Source: Octopus sinensis (Eukaryota). Taken from it: a DNA stretch of 64,000 nucleotides. The first letter of the stretch is position 1. Each line of letters starts with the position of its first letter. Below are positions 49,912 to 61,889 of the stretch, piece by piece. The notes below the pieces were generated by a model. It was not told the DNA's origin. It saw only the letters and a list, made by a program, of their open reading frames with translations, and did no database searches. The stretch spans positions 50,654,001 to 50,718,000 of the forward strand of contig NC_043001.1 in NCBI RefSeq assembly GCF_006345805.1, in the 5' to 3' direction. The position numbers and the translations under genes are program-made.

Positions 49912-50990
49912 AGATGATTAGCAGTGGATGTAACACACTACTGGCAGGGGATGTATCTCTCGATGGTCGATTGTGGGCCGGGCCAGATGGCCATTTGGAG
50001 GGAATTGAAGACAGGCATTGTGGACAAGATGGCACATATTCTAAACGAGGCATTCTTAGAGCAGGGTCCTGTGGACGAATTGTAGATGGACAACAGCACA
50101 GAATTTCGTTTGGAGGCACTGAAGGAGATGCTTGACAGGTGGAAAGTGCACTGCCTTTTTAGTGGCATGCAGGCTGAGTGGAAATGGGATCATGGAGAGA
50201 CATCATCAAACGATCAAGGCCATGGTGGAGAGGGGACATGTCTCACCACCAGAAGCGGTGTCCTGGTACAACATGTCGCCCTGATCAGGACAGGCCAAAG
50301 AGTCTGTGCCACGCAGAGCAATATTCAAATATGAATGGCAGCATCCGAGTAAACCATTGAGATATCCTGTAGAAGAGGGAGGGCCTGACTTCGTGCAGGT
50401 GGGAGATGAAGTCTGGGTCAAACCACCAAAAGCACACTGCACAACTCAGTGGAGCAGAGGAATGGTGACAGCTCTCAATTCCAAAAACAACATCTCTCTG
50501 GATAGAATGCCACTTCATGTCTTGGATGTTTGTAGGATTGTCGCTTCGTCAGATGATGATTGTGGAGAAGAGGAAGAGGGTGAAGTTCCCAGTTTAAGAA
50601 GATCACAACGTGCAAGGCGCCCATCTGAGTAGGTGGTAGATTTCGACATAGAGTGAAGTGAGGTGATCTTTGAGATCAGGGGTGCGTGGGGATGAGCCAG
50701 AAGAAGAGGGCCATGACATCAGTGGTCAAGGGACTAACTGGAAGAGGAAGTGTGAGAAGGGAAGTGCGGGTGGTGGGGGCAGGACAGGGTTGTCCTTTTT
50801 TGGCCAGCTGAGGCATTGCAAACGGACATGAGGGAATTTGCTCTTGGGTTGGTGAGATAGCAGCTCCTTATACTGGGTGACAGGGTAGGGCAGGATCACT
50901 GGAGTGACTACTACTAGACGGGCACAGACAAGAGAGGAAGGTAGGTGAATCTCTTTTCATTTCCCATGCATGACAAAAACTATACTTAAA
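49912..50990 (+). mobile_element. Gypsy-like LTR retrotransposon 3' fragment (integrase, putative PPT, partial LTR)
   Basis: AVDVTHY..YLSMVDCG, MDNSTEF, NGIMERHHQTIK (DDE core), VGDEVWVKPP; ATCAGGGG near 50675 followed by purine-rich sequence. Confidence 0.8.
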
Positions 50991-51479
50991 TACACATAAA
51001 TATATAATACATACACAATAAATACATAAACATGAAGCAGTTCAGCTGAAAAAAAAATTGAAGAAATAAATATTTTTGGTGAAAATTGTCAAAGAAAATG
51101 TTTCATTTTCCTTGTACTGTTATTGAAAGATAGCTGAAGATTTTGTGTATCATCTGTGTCTGAAAATCATTGTCGTACGCATGTTTACACATGAAAGTGC
51201 CTTCACCATACAATATATATTATTATTATAGAATATAATGGGAAATTATTAAGTTTCATTACTCTTAGTAGTCATTCACAGGTAAACAACTCATATAAAA
51301 TATACTATAAAACAACTATTAAGTTATTTTTTATTAACTTTAGTGTTTTATGTTTATAAAATATACTATTAAAAGGCAATTAAGTTTGTTTAATTAATCA
51401 TAATAGATGATTAAACAATATCTATGATTACATATGTATAAGACAGTTCATACTGCCAAATTATTTTCAAAATGTAGTT

Positions 51480-51750
51480 TTGCCCCCTGACTGGTCCTCG
51501 TGCCAATGGCATGTAAAAGCACCCATTACACTCTTGGAGTGGTTGGCATTAGGAAGGGCATCCAGCCATAGAAACTCTGCTAGTTCAGATTGGAGCCTGG
51601 TGCAGCCATCTGGTTTGCCAGTCCTCAGTCAAATCGTCCAACCCATGCCAGCATTGAAAGTGGACGTTAAGCGATGATGATGATGATGGTGGTGGTGGTG
51701 GTGGTGGTGATGATGATGATGATAATGATGATGATGATGATGATGATGAT
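51480..51750 (+). mobile_element. RTE 3'UTR fragment with expanded (GAT/GGT)n tail
   Basis: Tail motifs as in 28500-28715. Confidence 0.85.
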
Positions 51751-52333
51751 GTCCTTCCTTTTTTTTTTCCCCCTAGAAATTAATAATAAAGAAGTTACAA
51801 GCATATAAAGTCAAGTAATTTTAGTCAATCAAAAACCTCCATTGCTGATGTCATGAAGAACAGAATACACAATGAAATTTACTTCCAGAAAAAAATGAAA
51901 GCTGTTTTCCTAAAGTGGTTGGAAGAAAGTTAACAAGATCCATGCAGCATTTCGGGAATACCTCCATATGTGTATCTCCCACCGACTTTGTTGCCTCATA
52001 ACTTCCAGAAAAATGGATATGTTTTAATGAAATTCTCTTCTAATGTGCTTCAGATGTTGTAGACTCTGATTTTATTGGAATTTGTGTTGACAAACATTTT
52101 TCCGAAGGTAGGTTATGAATTTCTGAAAACTCACACAAGTTAGTTTTGTTTCATTGTTTGCAAAAATGGGTCTTTTTTTTTTTTTAATGAAATTTCCTGC
52201 AAATACTTTTCAGAGTGTAAATTATGATTATATCATTCTTTAATATCCAAAACAAAATTGGTGAACACATACACATATGTACTGATGCATATCACAATTT
52301 TTCTCGAATTTCAAGTTACATTTTGTAGATATG

Positions 52334-53690
52334 CAAGATATTTCAAAAAATTTGATATCATTTGAGAGTTAAATATCACAGAAACTACAAAGTCAAAGGA
52401 AATGAAACTAAACAGGCTTAATGTTGAGCAACATAAGATTTATTCCTCCAAATCTGAATGAGAAATTCAAAGGTATGTGGATTCCATGAACGATTTCACA
52501 AATGTTCAATATGCGTACTGCCTGAAACACGGCACATGTCAAGTCGGTAGTCCAGCTCCTCCCAAACATGCTGCAACATGTCTTGGGTAACAGTCTCCAG
52601 TGTGGCAGTGATTCTCTCCTTGAGTTCCTTTAGGTTTGCAGGAAGAGGCGGGGCCACATAGACCAAGCCCTTCACATAGCCCCAGATGAAAAAAAAAATT
52701 GCAAGGTATCAGGTCAGGTGAATGTGGTGGCCATTTCAACAGCACATTGTCTTCATCATCAGCATGCCCGATCCATCTCCCTTGCAGACTGTCATTGAGA
52801 TAAGCCCACATAGTGAGCTTCCAGTGAGGTGGAACCCCGTCCTGTTAAAAAAAGAAGTCTTCATGTTCATTTGCAATGAACTCATCCATTAGCCAGTTCT
52901 GAAGCATTTGCAGATAAACATCATCAGTCACATTTCTCTCAAAGAAAAATGGGCCATAAAGATGCTTCTTGGAGATGGTGTAGAACATTCATTTTTGGTG
53001 AGTCCCTCTCATGCTCATTTGTGACATGGGGATTTTCATTGCCCCAAATGCGAACATTATGCTTACTGACTTTGCCATTCGTATGAAATGTGGCCTCATC
53101 ACTGAAAACAATCCTTGAACTTGGCTTCTTCAAGTTTCTCTTGCATATCAACAAAGAAGTGTTTGCGCTTCCTCTTGTTATCTGCCGTTATGGCCTGAAC
53201 AAGCTCTAGTTTGCACAGTTTCATTAGTAAGCGTTTCTTCAGGATGCGCCAAACTATTGTTGGAGGAATCTGGGTTTCCAGACTTGTTCTTCTTATAGAC
53301 TTCTTGGGGCTTCACAAGAGTTTTTGGCAAACTCGCTGGACAATCTCTTCCAATGTTAGTGGTCGTCCAGATCCTTTTGCTCTGCACAGATAGCCTTCCT
53401 CTTTGAATTTTTTGTGCCATGTCCAAATCTGCATTGCAGTTGGTGACTTTTTAGAGAACTCTCTCACAAATGCATGCTGCACAGTCTTGTTTCAACATAC
53501 TCCAACACACAACACGCCTTTTCTCTTCCAGTGAATACCATTTCTATACCTGAAAAGATAAACATATCAAACATTAAACATAAAATTTTGATCTGTTTCT
53601 ACACATGCTGTTAAAATTTGAAGTCATTTGAACAAGAACTGTCAAAGTTATTGGATTGCGAAATGATATAAAATTTTTTGAAACACCCTG
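52334..53690 (-). mobile_element. Full-length (1357 bp) DD41D(Visitor/rosa)-like transposon, pseudogenised, 46-residue D-D spacing
   Basis: TIR CAGGGTGTTTCAAAAAATTTTATATCATTT (right, +TA) vs CAAGATATTTCAAAAAATTTGATATCATTT (left); ORF relic 53541-52496 with FSDEATFH, NVRIWGNENP, QDGVPPH, WPPHSPDLIPCN. Confidence 0.9.
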
Positions 53691-53699
53691 TATATGATG

Positions 53700-54030
53700 T
53701 GTCAATATGTAGGTCCACGAACCCACACCAATTTTGTTTCACGCATTAAATTCCGATGTAATCATAATCTACACACTCTGAAAGGTATTTATATAAAATT
53801 TCATTAAAAATACCTATTTTTCTGGAGGTTATGAGGAAACAAAGCCGACTCATGTGAATTTTCCAAATCCCCTCTCCACACTCCAAATTTTTTATTTTTC
53901 ATAACAAATTCTTATATAATTGGAATCTACACCATCTGAAGTGTATTTTTTGAAAATTTCATACAAAAATATAAATTTTTCTGGAAGGTATGAGGAAACA
54001 AAGACCAGGGGTGGAGGGGCACATGTGGAA
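53700..54030 (+). repeat. Two tandem about 160-bp units of a dispersed repeat; inverted relative at 51930-52200
   Basis: AAATTTCAT...TTTCTGGA.GTTATGAGG.AACAAAG recurs. Confidence 0.55.
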
Positions 54031-54900
54031 GCATGTCGTATATCGTCCGTCAAATTTCTGTCGAGATCGACTTTGCCTTTCGTTCTTTCCGAGTCGATGA
54101 AATAAGTACCATTTGAGCACCTGGGTCGGTGTTTTGGCTAGCTTTCAGGCGTTGCGTTTTAAGTAGAAAGGGTCATTTAATTTTAGGGCAAATTACAATT
54201 CTATTTTTAATCAGGATACATGTAAAGTGAAACAGAATTTAAACAATACTACTATTAAAAGTAGGTCAACGTTAAAAGAAGCTCAGTCAAAAATCACGTT
54301 ACATTCATGGCTAAGTCACGTGCATACAACACTGACTCATTAGAAAACATGGTGAAACAGCCAAATAAAAAAAAGTTACTTCGTCTGCATTTATACATTT
54401 CGTCACATAAAGAATACTGCTACTGAAAGCAGTACTGTTTTGTTTTACTTACGGACAGTTTACATTCGATTTTCGTTTATTCTACGTTTCCAACTTCTCT
54501 CTCTGTTATCAATTAAACATTTCTTTATTATTATAGTTAATTTAACATTTATTGGGTTTTTCATACTTTCAAGAAATATTTAATGCTGTCAGATTCTGGG
54601 TACTGTTTGTTAGTTAACTGCCATCAAGGTTGAAAGTTAATTGGTTTATACAGCAGAAGCTGTACTCTGTGATAAGATGACGGCATGGGTTACGCAATAA
54701 ACAAAAAAATAACCTCTAAAACTGTACTGGTTGGCATAACTTTACAGCTTGCTCAGCGATCCTTAATTGTATATATCTGCTTTCATTTAGTCAGCCAGCA
54801 GTCCCTTTCACTATGACTGGTAGCTGGCGAAGATTGTGTATGTGTGTGTGTGTGCTTATACATAAACGCACATATATGCATGGATATTTTGGCTTGCAGT
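54020..54900 (-). promoter_or_regulatory. CpG-retaining putative promoter/first-exon region
   Basis: About 20 CpGs in 54021-54500 by eye vs about 3 in a typical 480-bp intronic stretch; minus-strand donor CC|gtaagt at 54453/54452; CACGTG 54317, TGACTCA 54333, GTTACGCAAT 54689. Confidence 0.4.
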
Positions 54901-54916
54901 TAAGATATGCTTGTTA

Positions 54917-54977
<61 letters not shown>

Positions 54978-55029
54978 TTCTCTCTGTCCGTTTTGCAAGG
55001 TTCATTATCTATATATATATATATATTAT

Positions 55030-55240
55030 ACATATTCAAAATGTGACCGCGTGTGTACCGTTGGCGATTTTTTTTCTCTGTCTTCCCTTCTCCTATGTTT
55101 CGGACGAAGAGCTCCGCTCGAAACGTAAACCCTCCTTCTTCCCTTCCTTCCTTCCTGAGCGTCCAATAATACTATATTTGTTCCACGTCCTCGCGTTGTT
55201 GTGTTTTCTCTTTGTGTTTTCATGTTTGGATTAACTTTAT
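55030..55240 (+). mobile_element. Short Penelope-type terminal element (second family) between TA tracts
   Basis: Contains CGGACGAAGAGCTCCGCTCGAAACGT hammerhead-like motif; ends in (TA)n. Confidence 0.55.
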
Positions 55241-55289
55241 ATATATATTAATATATATATATATATATATATAACCCCATACATACGCA

Positions 55290-55730
55290 TGTCCAGACCA
55301 ATCTTACGCACTAATACTCTCTCATACACACACACACACACACACACACCACACCTTATACATACTAATACATACACCAACCCTATAACATACACACATC
55401 CAGACCCCTCCCACGCACTTTTAGCTGGTCCCTCAACCCTTTTATCAACCCTATTATTCCCCTTATTTCGCTCTCGCGTCTCATGTTGATCTTTGACCTC
55501 TGGCCGAAATCAGATCGCCATGTTGATTCGTTAGCTACTGCACGCATTTTTTTCTCTCCTTCTTTCTGTGTTTTTCTCTCTCTGTGTATCTTTCTGTTGA
55601 AGAGCGTAGGCTCGAAACATTAAAGACTTGTTTTATTTATATTTCCTGAGCGCCATACTAATACAATTGTTCGTTTGTTTTCCACCTGCCTTCGTCTTTT
55701 GTTTATTTTCATAAAGCTTCCCGTTATATA
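55290..55730 (+). mobile_element. Penelope-type terminal element
   Basis: 55544-55730 is the rc of 34078-34262; ends CCCGT(TA)n. Confidence 0.6.
55589..55626 (+). ncRNA. Minimal type I hammerhead-like motif, CUGUUGA core
   Basis: TCTTT-CTGTTGA-A-GAGC gtag GCTC-GAAAC-ATT-AAAGA (GTT to ATT is a CpG-type change). Confidence 0.5.
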
Positions 55731-55749
55731 TATATATATATATATATTT

Positions 55750-55857
55750 GGAAGTTAAAAGTAATGGCCAGTTATAGTGACCATTGGTTTCTCACATATA
55801 TTACTAAGCGCTTTATAGGTGCAAAACCAATGGTCACTCTATGACCATTTAACTTCC
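55750..55857. repeat. Short imperfect hairpin element
   Basis: GGAAGTTAAA...GTGACCATTGGTTT / AAACCAATGGTCAC...TTTAACTTCC. Confidence 0.7.
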
Positions 55858-55869
55858 TAAAAAAATATA

Positions 55870-56035
55870 TTACTGCTCTAATGCTTTAGAGTATGCCTCG
55901 CAACCACGTGGTTCTGCATTCCATCCCACTGCATGGGACCTTGGGCAAGTGTCTTCTACTATAGCTTCAGGCTGAGCAAAGCCTTGTGAGTGGATTTGAT
56001 ACACGAAAGCTGAAAGAAGCCCGTCGTGTGTGTGT
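55870..56035 (+). mobile_element. Family A SINE head (co-oriented tail at about 61290-61400)
   Basis: ACCTTGGGCAAGTGTCTTCTACTATAGC...GAAAGAAGCCCGTCG(TG)n. Confidence 0.75.
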
Positions 56036-56218
56036 GTGTGAATATATATACTTTCAGTAAAAACAATTAAGATTCAAGTGAGTTCCAATGAATTCACATG
56101 AATGCGGTACTTAACTTAGATGCACCAGAAATCAATATGGTATTAACCATAAAATAATGTGGGGTGATTATAAACAAGGAAAAAGCAACAAGAATGGATT
56201 AGTTGTTCAGTACAATTG

Positions 56219-56262
<44 letters not shown>

Positions 56263-56276
56263 CATACATACATGCA

Positions 56277-59247
56277 TACATCATCATCATCATCATCATT
56301 CATTTAGCGTCCGTTTTCCATGCTAGCATGGGTTGGATGGTTCAACTGGGGTCTGGGGAGCCCGAAGGCTGCACCAGGCCAGTCAGATCTGGCAGTGTTT
56401 CTACAGCTGGATGCCCTTCCTAACGCCAACCACTCCGAGAGTGTAGTGGGTGATTTTATGTGCCACCGACACAGGTGCCAGACGAGGCTGGCGAACGGCC
56501 ACGCTCGGATGGTGTTTTTTATGTGCCACCGACACAGGTGCCAGACGAGGCTGGCAGACGGCCACGCTCGGATGGTGTTTTTATGTGCCACTGACACAGG
56601 TGCCAGATGAGGCTGGCGAATGGCCACGATCGGATGGTGTTTGTTACGTGCCCGCAGCACGGAGGCCAGTCGATGCGGTACTGGCTACGGCCATGTTCGG
56701 ATGGTCTTCTTGTGTGCCACCGGCACTGGTACCACAAAGATACAAATTCCATTGATGTTCATCTATTTTGATTTGATTTGATTTGATTTGATTTGATTTT
56801 CACTTGCCTCAACAGGTCTTCACAAGTGTCACAAGAAGGAAGGTATGCACAGGTGGACTGACTACGTCCCAGGTAGGGGCCACGGGTTATGGCCTGACTA
56901 GTCTTGCCGGGTCTTCGGATGGTGTTTTTATGCGCCACCGACACAGGTGTCAGATGAGGCTGGCGAAACGGCCACGATCGGATGGTGTTTGTTACTTGCC
57001 CACAGCACGGAGGCCAGTCGATGCGGTACTGGCTACCGCCCCGTTTGGATAGTTTTCTTGTGTGCCACCGGCACTGGTACCACAAAGATACAAATTCCAT
57101 TGATGTTCATCTATTTTGATTGTTTTGATTTGATTTGATTTGATTTTCACTTGCTCAACAGTCTTCACAAGTGTCACAAGAAGGAAGGAAGGTATGCACA
57201 GGTGGACTGACTACGTCCCAGGTAGGGGCCACGGGTTTTGGCCTGACTAGTCTTGCCGGTCTTCAGATGGTGTTTTTATGTGCCACCGACACAGGTGCCA
57301 GATGAGGCTGGCGAACGGCCACGATCGGATGGTTTTTGTTATGTGCCCACACACGGAGGCCAGTCGATGCGGTACTGGCTACGGCCACGTTCGGATGGTT
57401 TTCTTGTGTGCCACCGTACTGGTATCACAAAGATACAAATTCAATTGATGTTCATCTATTTTGATTTGTTTTGTTTTGATTTTCACTTGCCTCAGAAGGT
57501 TTTCACAAGTGTCACAAGAAGAAGGTATGCACAGGTGGACTGACTACGTCCCAGGTAGGGGCCACGGGTTATGGCCTGACTAGTCTTGCCGGGTCTTCGG
57601 ATGGTTGTTTTATGTGCCACCGACACAGGTGCCAGATGAGGCTGGAAACGGCCACGATCGGATGGTGTTTGTTACTTTCACACAGCACGGAGGCCAGTCG
57701 ATGCGGTACTGGCTACCGCCACGTTTGGATGGTTTTCTTGTGTGCCACCGGCACTGGTACCACAAAGATACAAATTCCATTGATGTTCATCTATTTTGAT
57801 TTGTTTTTTGATTTTCACTTGCCTCAACAGGTCTTCACAAGTGTCACAAGAAGGAAGGAGGTATGCACAGGTAGACTGACTACGTCCCAGGTAGGGGCCA
57901 CGGTTATGGCCTGACTAGTCTTGCCTTGCCGGGTCTTCGAATGGTGTTTTTATGTGCCACCGACACAGGTGCCATGAGGCTAGTCTTGCCGGGTCTTCGG
58001 ATGGTTTTTTTATGTGCCACCGACCAGGTGCCAGATGAGGCTGGCGAACGGCCACGATCGGATGGTGTTTGTTATGTGCCCACAGCACGGAGGCCAGTCG
58101 ATGCGGTACTGGCTACGGCCACGTTCGGATGGTTTTCTTGTGTGCCACCGGCACTGGTATCACAAAGATACAAATTCCATTGTTGTTCATCTATTTTGAT
58201 TTGTTTTGATTTTCACTTGCCTCAAAAGGTCTTCACAAGTGTCACAAGAAGGAAGGTATGCACAGGTGGACTGACTATGTCCCAGGCCACGTTCGGATGG
58301 TTTTCTTGTGTGCCACCGGCACTGGTATCACAAAGATACAAATTCCATTGATGTTCATCTATTTTGATTTGTTTTGATTTTCACTTGCCTCAAAAGGTCT
58401 TCACAAGTGTCACAAGAAGGAAGGTATGCACAGGTGGACTGACTACGTCCCAGGTAGGGGCCACGGGTTATGGCCTGACTAGTCTTGCCGGGTCTTCGGA
58501 TGGTGTTTTTATGTGCCAACGACACAGGTGCCAGATGAGGCTGGCGAACGGCCACGATCAGATGGTGTTTGTTACGTGCCCACAGCACGGAGGCCAGTCG
58601 ATGCGGTACTGGCTACCGCCACGTTCGGATGGTTTTCTTGTGTGCCACCGGCACTGGTACCACAAAGATACAAATTCCATTGATGTTCATCTATTTTGAT
58701 TTGTTTTGATTTGATTTGATTTTCACTTGCCTCAACAGGTCTTCACAAGTGTCACAAGAAGGAAGGTATGCACAGGTGGACTGACTACGTCCCAGGTAGG
58801 GGCCACGGGTTATGACCTGACTAGTCTTGCCTGGTCTTCTCACGCACAGCATACTTCCATAGGTCTCGGTCTCTAGTCATTTCCTTAGTGAGACCTAAAG
58901 TTCGAAGGTCGTGCTTCACCACCTCATCCCAGGTTTTCCTGGGTCTACCTCTTCCACAGGTTCCCTCAACTGCTAGGGTGTAGCACTTTTGCACACAACT
59001 ATCTTCAGCCATTCTCGTCACATGACCATACCAGCGCAGCCGTCTCTCTTGCACACCACAACTGACGCTTCTTAGGTTCAACTTTTCTCTCAAGGTACTT
59101 ACACTCTGACGATTATGAACGCTGACATTACACATCCATCGGAGCATACTGGCTTCATTTCTTGCGAGCTTACGCATATCCTCAGCAGTCACGGCCCATG
59201 TTTCACTACCATGAAGCATGGCTGTACGTACACATGCATCATACAGT
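56277..59247 (-). mobile_element. Young 5'-truncated RTE LINE with tandemly amplified 3'UTR
   Basis: Open 132-aa RT C-terminus (58821-59219) ending REKTRQD*; (GAT)n tail at about 56277-56300. Confidence 0.95.
56572..58838 (-). repeat. Tandem array, about 7 units of 330-400 bp (one half unit) from the RTE stop codon and 3'UTR
   Basis: Landmark CAAAGATACAAATT recurs near 56733, 57083, 57428, 57764, 58163, 58332, 58664. Confidence 0.95.
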
Positions 59248-59280
59248 CATACATATATATAAATATATATATATATATAA

Positions 59281-60590
59281 ATATTATCCAGTTAATGAAA
59301 CACTTCGGACTTAGTATAACTATAGACACTAACCTGACGGTTGTCAATTTCTTAGACGTTTCCTTAGATCTTAATAATAATATTTATAAGCCTTATAGGA
59401 AGCCCAATGATAGACTAAGTTATATTAATGTAGGTTCATGCCATCCCCCTATAGTATTCAAAAATTTAGTTAAAAATATTAGTAAGAGGATTTCTAGCCT
59501 CTCATCTAATGAGGACATCTTCAATAGCGTTGCCCCAGTTTATAATAAAGCTTTAAAAGATAGTGGTTTTAGCGAAAAAATAAAATATACACCTATCACC
59601 AGCCCAACAATAAGGAAAAGGAATAATAGAAATAGGAAGGTCATCTGGTTTACGCCCCCTTACTCACCCGAGGTGGCCTTCAATATAGGTAAATATTTCC
59701 TAGCACTGATAGATAGACATTTTCCAGTTAACCATGCTTATAGGAAACTCTTTAATAGACACAATTTAAAAATTAGTTTTAGTTCAACTACCAATTTAAA
59801 AAACATAATCAATCATAATACAAAAAACACAAGAAAAAACAGCTGTTCATGCAGGAATAAAGATTGTGCCCGCTAAATGGAGCTTGCATGTCCAAGACCA
59901 TCATATATGAAGCTACCGTAAACTCTATAACCACTAAACAACACCGTTTCGACGAAGAAATACGTGGGCCTGACAGAGGGTAATTTCAAGGCCAGGTTCA
60001 ATAACCACACTTTGAGCTTTAGGCACTGGAACAAAGAAAAGCGACACAATTATCCAATCATATTTGGTCTTTAAGAGATAAAGGTGTCGATTATAACATA
60101 CAATGGAAGATTTTGGCCAGATGTAAGCCCTATACTAACGGTAGCGGAAGGTGCGGTTTATGCGACATGGAGAGATGGCTTATCTGGAAAAGCAGCTTAG
60201 ACCCTACCACATGTCTAAATACAAGGACAGAGCTTTTCGGATCATGCCCACATGTGACTAAATTTCTGTTACGTTTTTGGTCCCCTAAAGAAAACGGATA
60301 GAACATGCTTTCTGTGTTATGTCCCAAGAAGATTTTATATATTTTTATATATTTTTATATATTTTTATGCATTTTTATATAATTTTTATGACGAAAAATG
60401 CGAGCGATGTATAAGTACGCAGGCAAAGCAGAGTTATAACAGAGTAATTTCCCTTCATTTTTAACGGTATTTTTTCATAACGTTTTCAAATAGCCAGATA
60501 ACCGAAGAGATGGTGTTGTGGATTTCCACTTCGGCATCTGAAACTCAGAGTTTTATCTTGACTACCGAGTAATGTAACATATTGTATAGA
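59281..60590 (+). mobile_element. 5'-truncated Penelope-like retroelement (RT thumb and GIY-YIG endonuclease), with frameshifts
   Basis: VNFLDVSLDL, YKPYRKPN, SCHPP, VIWFTPPYS; CSC..CPLNGAC, IIYEA..KKYVGLTEGNFKARFNNH, LSNHIW, RCGLC; stop at 60299-60301; TA tracts on both sides. Confidence 0.93.
60496..60558 (+). ncRNA. Type I hammerhead ribozyme motif at the Penelope-like 3' end
   Basis: AGATAA-CCGAAGA-GATG(22 nt)CATC-T-GAAAC-TCAGA-GTT-TTATCT: perfect 6-bp stem I, stem III ACTC/GAGT, GUU triplet. Confidence 0.7.
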
Positions 60591-60617
60591 TATATATAAA
60601 TATATATATATATATAT

Positions 60618-61009
60618 CAGAGTCGAAATCGATCAATGGAAATCGATCAATGGAAATTGCAGATGTGTTACGAGTGCCGGTGGCATGTAAGAGAACCTTC
60701 CGTTTTGCAACCGTTGCCAGCACCGCCCCGTTTCGTGTCCGTTGCCAGCCTCGCTTGGCCCTCGTGCCGGTGGCACATAAAAAGCACCATCCGTTCATGG
60801 CTGTTTGCCAGCTCTGTCTGGCACCTGTGCGGGTGGCATGTAAAAAGCACCACTACACTCACGGAGTGGTTGGCGTTAGGAAGGGCATCCAGCCGTAGAA
60901 ACACTGCCAGATTTGACTGGGCCTGATGAAGCCTTCTGGCTTCACAGACCACAGTAGAACCGTCCAACCCATGCTAGCATGGAAAACGGACGCTAAACGA
61001 TGATGATGA

Positions 61010-61012
<3 letters not shown>
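60618..61012 (+). mobile_element. RTE 3'UTR fragment
   Basis: Internal repeats, tail and (GAT)n into (AT)n. Confidence 0.88.
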
Positions 61013-61061
<49 letters not shown>

Positions 61062-61132
61062 GTATACATACATACATATATATATATGTATGTATGTATG
61101 TATGTATGCATGCATGTATGTATATATGTATG

Positions 61133-61218
<86 letters not shown>

Positions 61219-61827
61219 GTATTCATGCATACATACATACATACATATATAATGTAATACATACACACAGATACATATGTGTATATATGAGTGCTTTCTT
61301 GTGCCTTTGTTCCCCACCACTGTTTGACAACCGCCGTTGGTATGTTTATGTCCTCATCGCTCACCAGTTTGACAGGCTTAAAAAGAATGAGTATATGGGG
61401 TTGTGTACTAGAATATTTATGTGCATGTGTGTATGTATGTGCGATTGTCCGTGCAAGCATGTATGTAGATCTTTCTCTTTCCCTCACTACAGCTGTTTAT
61501 GATGCTCCTAATATCCAAATATAAAACGTTTCATCCTAATATGATATCTGTACTATAATATTTTTTCTCTGTCTGACGATTTTCTAAAAGCAAATTTCTC
61601 ACATGTCCATCTAACATGTAAAATTTTGTGATTGCAACACTAGCAAATTGAACATAAGAATAAATAATACCAGAAAATTTCCATTTTCCTGTTTTATTAT
61701 ACAATAACCCTGCAAATAATATTTCCATAATTCTCAACTTTTAATGCATTTTGGCTAACATAGAGCAGCGACCATAGATACATATTGATGTGCTTCAAGA
61801 GGAAACAGCTGGGATTTACCCTTGCAC

Positions 61828-61889
<62 letters not shown>

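Noticed and set aside
59115-59280. N-terminal about 55 aa of the 253-aa ORF as a fusion domain
   Set aside because: Antisense RTE sequence plus a TA tract that happens to be in frame with the truncated Penelope ORF.
60923-60950. CTGATGA-AGCC ttct GGCT as a hammerhead
   Set aside because: Followed by TCACAG, not GAAA; it is a variant of the ordinary RTE tail.
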